Below are positions 1-9,656 of a DNA stretch of 32,000 nucleotides, piece after piece. The DNA is from Tannockella kyphosi (GTDB taxonomy: Bacteria; Bacillota_I; Bacilli_A; Erysipelotrichales; Coprobacillaceae). Where the stretch lies: contig NZ_CP088239.1 in NCBI RefSeq assembly GCF_021054785.1, positions 1,170,001 through 1,202,000 of the forward strand, written 5' to 3'. Made by a program: the position numbers and the translations under genes. The notes under the pieces are model-generated. The model saw only the letters and a list, made by a program, of their open reading frames with translations, had not been told where the DNA came from and did not search any database. Within the stretch, counting starts at the first letter, position 1. Each line of letters starts with the position of its first letter.

Positions 1-183
1 TTCCCCTATATTTTGACAACCTTTTTTCATCAAGTACTGTCTGTTTTTTAGATGAAAGCGGATACCCAATTCAATAGCATAAAAAGAACATATTTTAAAA
101 CAAATCAATTTTTCAACATTCAAAAAGAAAAGATTAGCCTTTCCTAATTAGCTATGTTATTATTTAAAAACGGAGGAATAACT

Positions 184-732
184 ATGAAAAAAACAATCGT
201 TATTTATCAATCAAAATATGGTTATACAAAAAAATATGCTTATATGTTAGGCGAACTACTAGACTGTCCTGTATATAACCGAAAAAGAATTCAAAGTGAT
301 GAATTATTAGAATATGATTGTATCATTTATGGTGGTCCTATTTATGTAGGTGGTGTTAGTGGAATTGATGTCATTGATCGATACCCTGATATTTTCAAAA
401 AGAAACAAACCATTGTTTTTACTTGTGGACTTACAGACCCTAGCTTACCCGAAACAGTTGCCCATCGCAACGATCACATGAAACAACAGTTAACTAAAGA
501 ATCTTATCAAGCTATTAAAATATTTCATCTTCATGGCGGTATTAACCACAAAAAATTACCATTAGCACATCGTCTCGTATTATTATTAATTCATCATTTA
601 CACATTAAAGATGATATTTCATCTTTAGATATTGGTGAAAAAGAAATTATGAACGCTTATGGTAAAATAGTTGATTTTACATCCAAAGAAGCATTATATC
701 CAATTGTAGAGTATATAAAAAAGGACGTTTAA
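184..732 (+). CDS. Flavodoxin-domain protein (short-chain flavodoxin-like fold)
   Basis: The N-terminus MKKTIVIYQSKYGYTKKYA is typical of flavodoxin-like proteins. GGAGG at 172-176 lies 7 nt before the ATG at 184, so I prefer 184 over the ORF-track ATG at 154. Confidence 0.65.
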   Translation: MKKTIVIYQSKYGYTKKYAYMLGELLDCPVYNRKRIQSDELLEYDCIIYGGPIYVGGVSGIDVIDRYPDIFKKKQTIVFTCGLTDPSLPETVAHRNDHMKQQLTKESYQAIKIFHLHGGINHKKLPLAHRLVLLLIHHLHIKDDISSLDIGEKEIMNAYGKIVDFTSKEALYPIVEYIKKDV

Positions 733-742
733 ACGTCCTTTT
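717..742. terminator. Bidirectional intrinsic terminator formed by a perfect 20-bp palindrome (721-740) flanked by an A-run and a T-run
   Basis: aaggacgttt|aaacgtcctt is self-complementary. An A6 run precedes it and TTTT follows. It spans the stop codons of both convergent genes. Confidence 0.5.
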
Positions 743-1103
743 GCATTGCTTTTAAAAACTCTTTAATACCCATTAATGTTTCATCACTAACAATATGTTC
801 CATCTTACAAGCATCTTCTTCAGCAATCTCAGCTGTTACTTTCGCTGTAGCAATCAAGAACTGAGTTAATATATAATGCTTTTCCAAAATATTATTAGCC
901 TTATTATAACCTTTTTCACTTAGTGAAATATGACCACTTTCATCTATTAAAATATATCCTTCTTTTTTTAAAATACCTACTCCACGACTTACACTTGGTT
1001 TACTGAATTCTAAATGACGTGCTATATCAATAGAGCGAACATATTCGTTCTTTTTTTGCAATAATAATATTGTTTCTAAATACATTTCCCCTGATTCGTA
1101 CAT
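729..1103 (-). CDS. DtxR/MntR-family metal-dependent transcriptional repressor
   Basis: The N-terminal wHTH pattern EMYLETILLL...VRSIDIARHLEFSKPSVSRGVGILKKEGYI is followed by a dimerisation helix region. GGAGGTGG lies 6 nt upstream of the ATG at 1103. Confidence 0.8.
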   Translation of the reverse strand: MYESGEMYLETILLLQKKNEYVRSIDIARHLEFSKPSVSRGVGILKKEGYILIDESGHISLSEKGYNKANNILEKHYILTQFLIATAKVTAEIAEEDACKMEHIVSDETLMGIKEFLKAMQKDV

Positions 1104-1171
1104 AAGCCACCTCCACTTCTTATATAATAACTTATTTTTTTATTTTTTTCCATGAATATGATGAAAATAAA

Positions 1172-1195
1172 TAAAAAAAAGATAGCAAGCTATCC
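1172..1195 (-). terminator. Rho-independent terminator downstream of eno
   Basis: Minus-strand hairpin gatagc/gctatc (1181-1194) followed by a run of 8 U (plus-strand A-run 1173-1180). Confidence 0.5.
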
Positions 1196-1205
1196 TTTTT
1201 AAAAA

Positions 1206-2543
<1,338 letters not shown>

Positions 2544-2618
2544 TTAACATCTTTTATTACAAAAACCATGATATCATATAGGAATAATATGTACAAGCGA
2601 TTTTATATTATTTCGCAA

Positions 2619-2632
2619 TGAAAACGTTATCA
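2619..2632. promoter_or_regulatory. Candidate CcpA catabolite-responsive element (cre)
   Basis: TGAAAACGTTATCA matches the cre consensus TGWAANCGNTNWCA at all defined positions. It lies in the eno / NifU-like divergent intergenic region. Confidence 0.4.
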
Positions 2633-2659
2633 TCTTTCGACAAACTAACCTATATTTCA

Positions 2660-2688
2660 TTGACTTTAAGCGACCTTTATTCTATACT
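2660..2688 (+). promoter_or_regulatory. Sigma-A type promoter for the NifU-like/GGGtGRT operon
   Basis: TTGACT (2660-2665), exactly 17 nt of spacer, then TATACT (2683-2688), about 65 nt upstream of the ATG at 2755. Confidence 0.55.
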
Positions 2689-2754
2689 TTACTCGAGTGG
2701 TTTAGGGCCACTTCAAATTTAAATTAAGGAAAAAGAGAAGGGAGTTTAAAAGAC

Positions 2755-3447
2755 ATGATTTATTCACACGAAGTAGAACAAATGTGTAGCGTTAAAGTTG
2801 GTGCTTCACATGGTTGTGCTCCAATTCCTCAAGAAGGAAATTGGGTACATTCTAAAGAAATCAAAGATATTTCTGGTTTAACACATGGTATTGGTTGGTG
2901 TGCTCCTCAACAAGGTGCTTGTAAATTAACATTAAATGTTAAAGAAGGTATTGTTGAAGAAGCATTGATTGAAACAATTGGTTGTTCAGGTATGACTCAC
3001 TCTGCAGCTATGGCTTCAGAAGCATTAGTAGGAAAAACTATATTAGAAGGGTTAAATACTGACTTAGTATGTGACGCTATCAATACAGCAATGAGAGAAC
3101 TGTTCTTGCAAATAGTTTATGGTCGTTCTCAATCAGCATTCTCTGAAGGTGGTTTACCTATCGGGGCTGGATTAGAAGACTTAGGTAAAGGTTTAAGAAG
3201 TATGACTGGTACTGCTTATTCAACAAAAGCAAAAGGACCTCGTTATTTAGAATTAACAGAAGGTTATATTAATAGAATCGCTTTAGATAAAAATGATGAA
3301 ATCATTGGATATGAGTTTATTAACTTAGGTAGAATGATGGATATGGTTAAAGCTGGAAAAGATGCTGTTACAGCAATGAGTGAAGCTACTGGAACTTATG
3401 GTAGATTTACTGAAGCTGTGAAATACATCGATCCAAGAAAAGAATAA
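2755..3447 (+). CDS. Divergent NifU-N/IscU-like Fe-S scaffold-like protein (partner of the GGGtGRT protein)
   Basis: It starts with the MIYSHEV motif seen in IscU/SufU-like proteins. Conserved Cys residues occur in GWCAPQQGAC and IGCSGMTHSAAMASEALVGKT (IscU-like GC...AS...GKT). Confidence 0.65.
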   Translation: MIYSHEVEQMCSVKVGASHGCAPIPQEGNWVHSKEIKDISGLTHGIGWCAPQQGACKLTLNVKEGIVEEALIETIGCSGMTHSAAMASEALVGKTILEGLNTDLVCDAINTAMRELFLQIVYGRSQSAFSEGGLPIGAGLEDLGKGLRSMTGTAYSTKAKGPRYLELTEGYINRIALDKNDEIIGYEFINLGRMMDMVKAGKDAVTAMSEATGTYGRFTEAVKYIDPRKE

Positions 3448-3464
3448 TTGGGAGGGATACGAAG

Positions 3465-4463
3465 ATGGCATTATTTGAAAGTTATGATAGAAGAATAAAC
3501 CAAATCAACGCAGTATTAGCTAGCTATGGTATTGGTTCAATCGAAGAAGCAAAAGAAATTTGTGATGCAAAAGGTATTGATGTTTACGAAATCGTAAAAT
3601 CAACACAACCTATTTGTTTTGAAAATGCATGTTGGGCTTACATTGTAGGTGCTGCTATTGCAATTAAAAAAGGTGATGTAAAAGCAGTTGATGCTGCTAA
3701 AACTTTAGGTGAAGGGCTTCAAGCATTCTGTATTGCAGGATCTGTTGCAGATGATCGTAAAGTAGGTATTGGACATGGTAATTTAGGTTCTATGTTATTA
3801 AATGAAGAAACTGCATGTTTTGCTTTCTTAGCAGGACATGAATCTTTCGCTGCTGCTGAAGGTGCAATTAAAATTGCTGAAAAAGCAAACAAAGTTAGAA
3901 ACACTGATTTACGTGTTATCTTAAATGGTTTAGGAAAAGATGCAGCTAAAATTATTTCAAGAATTAACGGATTCACTTATGTAGAAACTCAATTTGATTA
4001 TTATACAGGTGAAGTAAAAGTATTATCAACTACTGCTTATTCAGATGGTCCAAGAGCAAAAGTTAACTGCTATGGTGCTGATGATGTAAGAGAAGGTGTT
4101 GCAATCATGCACAAAGAAGGTGTAGACGTATCAATTACTGGTAACTCTACTAACCCTACTCGTTTCCAACATCCAGTTGCTGGTACATACAAAAAAGAAT
4201 GTATTGAACAATCTAAAAAATATTTCTCAGTTGCTTCAGGTGGTGGTACTGGACGTACATTACACCCTGACAACATGGCTGCTGGTCCTGCTTCATATGG
4301 TATGACTGACACTATGGGACGTATGCATTCAGATGCTCAATTCGCTGGTTCTTCATCAGTTCCTGCTCACGTAGAAATGATGGGATTAATCGGTATGGGT
4401 AATAACCCAATGGTAGGTGCTACAGTTGCTGTTGCAGTTGCTATTGAAGAAGCTTTTAAATAA
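3465..4463 (+). CDS. GGGtGRT-family protein (uncharacterised conserved family)
   Basis: Contains the eponymous motif SGGGTGRTLHPDNMAAGPASYGMTDTMGRMHSD. GGGAGGG RBS upstream of the start. It begins 17 nt after the previous stop. Confidence 0.8.
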   Translation: MALFESYDRRINQINAVLASYGIGSIEEAKEICDAKGIDVYEIVKSTQPICFENACWAYIVGAAIAIKKGDVKAVDAAKTLGEGLQAFCIAGSVADDRKVGIGHGNLGSMLLNEETACFAFLAGHESFAAAEGAIKIAEKANKVRNTDLRVILNGLGKDAAKIISRINGFTYVETQFDYYTGEVKVLSTTAYSDGPRAKVNCYGADDVREGVAIMHKEGVDVSITGNSTNPTRFQHPVAGTYKKECIEQSKKYFSVASGGGTGRTLHPDNMAAGPASYGMTDTMGRMHSDAQFAGSSSVPAHVEMMGLIGMGNNPMVGATVAVAVAIEEAFK

Positions 4464-4467
4464 AAAA

Positions 4468-4497
4468 CGAAACCTTGATAACCTCAAGGTTTTTTTG
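4468..4497 (+). terminator. Rho-independent terminator of the NifU-like/GGGtGRT operon
   Basis: Stem aaccttga (4471-4478) pairs with tcaaggtt (4484-4491) around loop taacc, followed by TTTTT. Confidence 0.8.
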
Positions 4498-4556
4498 TTT
4501 CCAAAGTTTTTCATTTTATGATAAAATTGTAAAAGATTATTAGAAAAGAGATAAAT

Positions 4557-5615
4557 ATGGATAACGAACAAAAAACACACAAAAGAAGAGTACGTTATAA
4601 AGGTACTCACCCTACTAAGTTTCATGAAAAGTATAAAGAACACAACCCTGATAAATACAAAGATGATATAGAAAAAATAATAAAAAAAGGAAATACTCCT
4701 GCTGGTATGCATATTTCAATATGTGTTCAAGAAATTATTGATTTTTTAGAAATAAAACCTGGTCAAATAGGATTAGATGCTACTTTAGGTTATGGTGGTC
4801 ATACTTCTAAAATGTTAGAACAATTACAAGGAACTGGTCATGTTTATGGATTAGATATTGATCCTATTGAAATAGAAAAAACAAAAGCTAGATTATTAGA
4901 AAAAGGTTTTGATGAAACTATTTTTAGTGCTATTCATACTAATTTTAAAAATATAGATCATGTAGCTAGAGAATATGGACCTTTTGATTTTATTTTAGCA
5001 GACTTAGGTGTATCATCCATGCAAATAGATGACCCTAGTCGTGGTTTTTCTTTTAAAAGAGAAAGTCCGTTAGATTTGAGATTAAACCCTAATCAAGGTA
5101 TTCCTGCTAGTGAAAGATTAACTCAAATGACATATAATGAATTAAGAGATATTTTAGAATCTTATAGCGACGAGCCTTATGCTAGTCCTATTGCAAAAGC
5201 AATTATGAAAAATATAAATCAAGGTAATACGATAGATACTACTACTAAATTAAAAGTAATTATAGAAGAAATTATTGAAAATGATAAAGCTGTTCCCTTT
5301 AAACAAAGAGAAATCACAATTAAAAAAACATGTCAAAGAACTTTCCAAGCATTACGCATGGATGTAAATAATGAATATGATGTTTTATATGATTTCTTAG
5401 AAAAATTACCAGAAGCCCTAAAAAGCGGTGGTCGTGTAGCTATTTTAACATTTCATTCAGGAGAAGATCGTTTGGTCAAAAAAGCTTTTAAAGAATTAAA
5501 AAATCTAGGTATTTATAGCGATGTAACAAGAGATGTAATTCGCCCTTCTAAAGAAGAATGTTTCCAAAATCCTCGTGCTACTTCTACTAAAATGCGTTGG
5601 GCTATTAAAGCTTAA
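4557..5615 (+). CDS. RsmH/MraW-family SAM-dependent (N4-cytosine) methyltransferase paralog with a basic N-terminal extension
   Basis: Family motifs present: DATLGYGGHT, GLDIDP, ADLGVSSMQIDDPSRGFSF, PLDLRLNP, LTFHSGEDRLVKKAF. It is not in a dcw/mraZ context. Confidence 0.75.
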   Translation: MDNEQKTHKRRVRYKGTHPTKFHEKYKEHNPDKYKDDIEKIIKKGNTPAGMHISICVQEIIDFLEIKPGQIGLDATLGYGGHTSKMLEQLQGTGHVYGLDIDPIEIEKTKARLLEKGFDETIFSAIHTNFKNIDHVAREYGPFDFILADLGVSSMQIDDPSRGFSFKRESPLDLRLNPNQGIPASERLTQMTYNELRDILESYSDEPYASPIAKAIMKNINQGNTIDTTTKLKVIIEEIIENDKAVPFKQREITIKKTCQRTFQALRMDVNNEYDVLYDFLEKLPEALKSGGRVAILTFHSGEDRLVKKAFKELKNLGIYSDVTRDVIRPSKEECFQNPRATSTKMRWAIKA

Positions 5616-5666
5616 CGGATATAAAATAGTTTTGTAAGATTATTCATTGATCATCAACATATAATA

Positions 5667-5712
5667 AAAAACAGTTTCAATATTAGTATTCACTAATGTT
5701 AAAACTGTTTTT
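5667..5712. terminator. Bidirectional terminator between the convergent rsmH-like and GntR genes
   Basis: Outer 11-bp stem aaaaacagttt (5667-5677) pairs with aaactgttttt (5702-5712). Inner stem attagt/actaat. The A/T runs supply a U-tract in either direction. Confidence 0.6.
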
Positions 5713-6382
5713 AAGTACTTATTTCAATCACCTTTAATGTTGGGTTATAATAACTTTTTATAAAAATATGTGGTTCCCCATTTTGTTCATACAACAAATT
5801 ATCAATTCTAATAATAGGGGTACCTATTTTTAATTTTAACAAAGTTGCATACTGAGTAGGAACTAGTATTGGTACAAATATTTGTTTTGTACGTACTGTA
5901 GCAATAAGATGATCTAAATCAAGAAACTTAGATAATTGTCCTAGTTGTTCATCAGAAATATTTTTTCTAGGAACAAATATCTCTTCTACACAAATAGGTT
6001 TTCCTTGTGTTTTGACTAACCTTACTAAACGCAAGAAATATTCACTGTGTGTCATTTCTAGATTTTTTAAAACATCTTCTTCCCCATCTGATTTAATATC
6101 AAAATATAATATTTTAAATGTTGACTGATCACTAACATCATCTAAAATGATTGGTTTCGTGTTTTTATGCATTTTTTCATCTGCAACAAATGTACCTTTA
6201 TTACCATCTCGATACAAAACCCCATCTCCACATAACTCTTCAATAGCCTTGCGAACCGTCATGCGGCTCGCACCTAATAGAGAGGAAATCTCTCTTTCGC
6301 TAGCTATTGGTGTATTGGGCTCTTTATCAGCAATATCCTCTAGGATGCTTTGCTTAATTTGTAAATATTTTGGTCTATCCAT
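5711..6382 (-). CDS. GntR-family (HutC subfamily, UTRA effector domain) transcriptional regulator
   Basis: N-terminal PKYLQIKQSILEDI...SEREISSLLGASRMTVRKAIEELCGDGVLYRDGNKGTFVA is a GntR wHTH. The roughly 150 aa C-terminal region has UTRA-like length. Confidence 0.85.
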   Translation of the reverse strand: MDRPKYLQIKQSILEDIADKEPNTPIASEREISSLLGASRMTVRKAIEELCGDGVLYRDGNKGTFVADEKMHKNTKPIILDDVSDQSTFKILYFDIKSDGEEDVLKNLEMTHSEYFLRLVRLVKTQGKPICVEEIFVPRKNISDEQLGQLSKFLDLDHLIATVRTKQIFVPILVPTQYATLLKLKIGTPIIRIDNLLYEQNGEPHIFIKSYYNPTLKVIEIST

Positions 6383-6392
6383 AAACTATATT

Positions 6393-7484
6393 CTATAGTT
6401 TATTCATGAAAGCAAATGGACGCCATGGTTCAATATAATCCAATAACATGATTTCATGTTCTGGAACTCGTCCAATTACATTCTTTTTCCCATCATTTGG
6501 CATATCTTTTAAAATGATATGTAACTCCCCTTTGTAACGAGCATACTCATTATTTACAATAACAATATCTCCTCGTTTTAACTCTCTCGTATTTTCAGGT
6601 TTTACATCTTCATTAGCATATGTCACACGAGGGAATGTACTTCTTGCCATATATTCACTCATATCACCACGTACATAATGTGCATGTTCAAAAATAATTT
6701 TTCTTTCTGATTCTTGTAATTCTTTTTCATAAGCAATATCAAATGTTAAAACACCTGGTGTAATTTGAGCAATAGATTTCAACTCTTCTTCACTAGGATA
6801 GCAATTTGCAATAATAACATCATCAATCATACGAGTTGCAAACAAATGACGAACTTGTACATCCATTGGTAAATTACGATGTTCTTCTAATGTACATAAT
6901 CCTTCATTCACTGGCCAAGGACCATAAGAACCTTCTACTTGAGAAGATACAAACGCAGCTATTTTTAAATTATAGCTTTTAATTTCTTCATTACATTTAT
7001 TAAAATGTTTTAAGCTAAGTCCTGTATATCTTTGTGGATAGAAATTATGACAAGTAATAATAGCATCTGGATTTGGATAATGAGAAACAATATTTGCAAT
7101 ATACTTATTTCCAAAACTTGCATTAATCTCAATTTTAAATCCTTCTTTATTACAACTCATCAATGATTCTTTTAATCCATCAAATCCTTCATCCAAACGA
7201 ATTCCATCAACACCGATTTCTGTAAAGAATGAAAGGTTTGTATAAGTGATGCCTAATTTTTCAAATACAAATGGCGCAACATCTAAAATAACTTCCATCC
7301 CATTAGCATGAGCATGAGCTACTAGTTGTTTATATTGTGCTTGTATTTCTTCTTTTGATTGTTCAGCACTTAATAAACAACCAAAAATTCTTTTTACACC
7401 ATACTTTGCAGCAAGTGTAATATAATCTAAATCTTTTTGTAATGAACTGTGTTCTGGATAAATAGAAATCCCTAATCTTGCCAT
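6393..7484 (-). CDS. DUF871/MupG-family TIM-barrel protein (6-phospho-N-acetylmuramidase-like 6-phospho-glycosidase)
   Basis: Starts MARLGISIYPEHSS, has a length of about 360 aa and sits in a PTS context, all characteristic of the DUF871/MupG family. GGAG RBS before the ATG at 7484. Confidence 0.75.
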   Translation of the reverse strand: MARLGISIYPEHSSLQKDLDYITLAAKYGVKRIFGCLLSAEQSKEEIQAQYKQLVAHAHANGMEVILDVAPFVFEKLGITYTNLSFFTEIGVDGIRLDEGFDGLKESLMSCNKEGFKIEINASFGNKYIANIVSHYPNPDAIITCHNFYPQRYTGLSLKHFNKCNEEIKSYNLKIAAFVSSQVEGSYGPWPVNEGLCTLEEHRNLPMDVQVRHLFATRMIDDVIIANCYPSEEELKSIAQITPGVLTFDIAYEKELQESERKIIFEHAHYVRGDMSEYMARSTFPRVTYANEDVKPENTRELKRGDIVIVNNEYARYKGELHIILKDMPNDGKKNVIGRVPEHEIMLLDYIEPWRPFAFMNKL

Positions 7485-7493
7485 TGTTTTCTC

Positions 7494-7946
7494 CTATTCT
7501 TCTTCCGTTTTTCTTTTTTCAATTATATGATTTTCAATATTAATTAATACTTGATTAATTCTTCTCTTTGTCTTACGAGAAAAAGCAAAAGACATTAATT
7601 TAAAATTTAACATTGTAAACTTCGATTTTGTTTGAAAATCTTCTGCATACGTTAAATCAATTTGGCATTCTCCTGATTGTTCATAAATATATGATAAATA
7701 GTTTATCCCAGAACCTCCTGTAAAAGAAGCTCGATAACTACCTGAAACAACTTCTAAAAGCTCCGTAGTTACACCTAGTGGTTTCCCCATCTTATTAGGT
7801 ATTGATTTACGATATTGATAACCATTCACTATTTCTTGTGTTGTTGGTTCTTTTTCAGTACAATTGAGAACATCTGTTTTGATCATTTCAATTATGAAAT
7901 CATCAAACTCACTGACGCTAACTGCTAAAGTACGTTTTATTTCCAT
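7494..7946 (-). CDS. DUF3284-like protein (frequent partner of DUF871 in PTS operons)
   Basis: From the internal ATG at 7946 it reads MEIKRTLAVSVSEFDDFIIEMI, typical of DUF3284. An AAGGA RBS is present. The upstream small ORF stops 1 nt before this ATG. Confidence 0.55.
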   Translation of the reverse strand: MEIKRTLAVSVSEFDDFIIEMIKTDVLNCTEKEPTTQEIVNGYQYRKSIPNKMGKPLGVTTELLEVVSGSYRASFTGGSGINYLSYIYEQSGECQIDLTYAEDFQTKSKFTMLNFKLMSFAFSRKTKRRINQVLINIENHIIEKRKTEEE

Positions 7947-7947
7947 A

Positions 7948-8097
7948 TTATTTTCCTTTGCCTCTCCACAATTTGTAAGCTCCAAACCCTGCTACAACAC
8001 AACCACTGATAACAACTAAAATAGGACTTGTTGCTTGATAACTTAGTACAATTAATACACATCCAAAACTAATTAAAAACAAATACCACTGACTCAT
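7948..8097 (-). CDS. Small (49 aa) two-helix membrane protein
   Basis: MSQWYLFLISFGCVLIVLSYQATSPILVVISGCVVAGFGAYKLWRGKGK has two hydrophobic segments and a basic tail. AGGTGA RBS before the ATG at 8097. The ORF-track start at 8133 is a TTG with no RBS. Confidence 0.4.
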   Translation of the reverse strand: MSQWYLFLISFGCVLIVLSYQATSPILVVISGCVVAGFGAYKLWRGKGK

Positions 8098-8224
8098 AAT
8101 ATCACCTATACACTTTCCCTGTAGTATAAACAAAAACTAATTCTATTTATACTGCATATATCATTATTTTATCCTATTTTATGTTTAATAGCTACCACAT
8201 AATTTAACTTAATTCAAAATATAA

Positions 8225-8253
8225 ATAGGAAGAACATCATATGTTCTTCCTAT
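8225..8253 (-). terminator. Strong intra-operon hairpin between EIIC and the downstream genes (partial terminator or mRNA stabiliser)
   Basis: 13-bp perfect inverted repeat ataggaagaacat / atgttcttcctat around cat. Only a weak U-rich tract follows it on the minus strand. Confidence 0.4.
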
Positions 8254-8284
8254 TAATGTTCTATAGTAAATCTATCGATTTTGA

Positions 8285-9562
8285 CTATTCGTTATCCATT
8301 TTGTTAGCTACTAATACAAATGCTCCCCAGATTACTACAGCGATAACTAAGTTAACTGCTGCAAGTAAAGCTGCTGCAAATGAACCACCAGTTGCTAAGA
8401 ATGCATATAATACTGGAGGAATAACCCAAGGTACTACTACATGTACGAAAGGAACTAATCCTGCTGCAGTTGCTGCATAAGCGATGATTGTTAATACGAT
8501 TGGTACTAACATCCAAGGAATGAAGTAGATTGGGTTAAGCACGATTGGCATACCGAATACTACTGGTTCATTGATGTTGAATACACCCATTGGTGCTGAC
8601 ATAGTAGCTACTGCTCTAGAATCTGCACGTTTTGAGAAAATGAAGATTGCGATGATTAAAGCGATTGTACATCCAGCTCCACCCATCCATACATAAGCAT
8701 CGAAACTACCACGAACCCATACATATTGCATAACTTCTCCAGCTGAAGCAGCTGCTTCATTTGCTAATGTAGCTGATAAGTAAGTACCATCTAATAATGC
8801 TCCTAATACGTTAGTTCCGTGAATTCCGAAGAACCAGAATAATTGTACTGCGATTACTACGATTAATACTGCACCAATTCCTTGAGAAAGATTTAAGAAA
8901 GGTGTTTGAATATATGTTGCAACTAAATCACCGATAGCTTGACCACCCATGAAAGTAGATACTAAGTAACCAGCTAAACCAGCTACATAAATAGCGATTG
9001 TTCCAGGAATGATTGAAGCAAATGCGTTAGAAACTGCAGGTGGTACTGAATCCGGCATTTTAATAGTAACGTTTGCGATCATTAATTTTGCATAAATGAT
9101 TGAAGTAACTAAACCTACGATTAATGCAGTGAATAAACCATTTGCATTTAAGTAAGCCCAGCTTAATCCACCCCAAGTTTCACCTACGACTTGAGGAGTA
9201 ATAGTAATGAATGCTGAAGTAGCAATTAAACCACCAGCTAATTCATTTACACCATAAACTTTAGATACTTGATATCCTAAAGCAAAGATAAATACAAGTG
9301 AGATTACTGCTAAAGTTCCCCACCATACTAAACCATTAATTCCGATTAGCCATGCAAACATCTCTGCAATACCAGCATCAGGAATATAAGTAGTTGGTAA
9401 ATCTCTAACAAATACGTTTAATAATGTTGCAATAGCACCTGCCATAGTAACAGGCATGATAGCGATGAATGCATCACGAACTGCAACTAAATGTTTTTGA
9501 GAACTTATCTTCGTAGCTAATGGTACGAAATGTTCTTCCATAAAGTTTGAAAATTTTTCCAT
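8285..9562 (-). CDS. PTS transporter subunit EIIC, lactose/cellobiose (Lac) family
   Basis: N-terminus MEKFSNFMEEHFVPLATKISSQKHLVAVRDAFIAIMPVTMAGAIATLLN and about 10 hydrophobic segments. AAGGAGG RBS. Confidence 0.9.
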   Translation of the reverse strand: MEKFSNFMEEHFVPLATKISSQKHLVAVRDAFIAIMPVTMAGAIATLLNVFVRDLPTTYIPDAGIAEMFAWLIGINGLVWWGTLAVISLVFIFALGYQVSKVYGVNELAGGLIATSAFITITPQVVGETWGGLSWAYLNANGLFTALIVGLVTSIIYAKLMIANVTIKMPDSVPPAVSNAFASIIPGTIAIYVAGLAGYLVSTFMGGQAIGDLVATYIQTPFLNLSQGIGAVLIVVIAVQLFWFFGIHGTNVLGALLDGTYLSATLANEAAASAGEVMQYVWVRGSFDAYVWMGGAGCTIALIIAIFIFSKRADSRAVATMSAPMGVFNINEPVVFGMPIVLNPIYFIPWMLVPIVLTIIAYAATAAGLVPFVHVVVPWVIPPVLYAFLATGGSFAAALLAAVNLVIAVVIWGAFVLVANKMDNE

Positions 9563-9656
9563 GTTATCCTCCTTTTAGATTATCGAAAGATACTAACTTA
9601 CTGTCTGTTTGTTTTCCCGCTTTTTCCTTTTCATTTATCTCGCAATTCTCTTTGCT

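Noticed and set aside
1-30. Possible minus-strand gene start (ATG at 30-28, MKKGCQNIGE...) running off the left edge
   Set aside because: Only 10 codons are visible and there is no recognisable RBS. The evidence is insufficient to call a feature.
3719-4712. Minus-strand ORFs 3719-3976, 4070-4312 and 4386-4712
   Set aside because: They are antisense to the GGGtGRT and rsmH-like genes. The last one runs through a clear terminator and promoter region and encodes an F/I/Y-rich peptide typical of AT-rich noise.
6147-6398. Plus-strand ORF 6147-6398
   Set aside because: It is antisense to the GntR wHTH coding region and has no start context.
8241-8480. Plus-strand ORF 8241-8480
   Set aside because: It starts inside the 8225-8253 hairpin and runs antisense into the EIIC gene. 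It is an alanine- and threonine-rich shadow of the membrane-protein codons.
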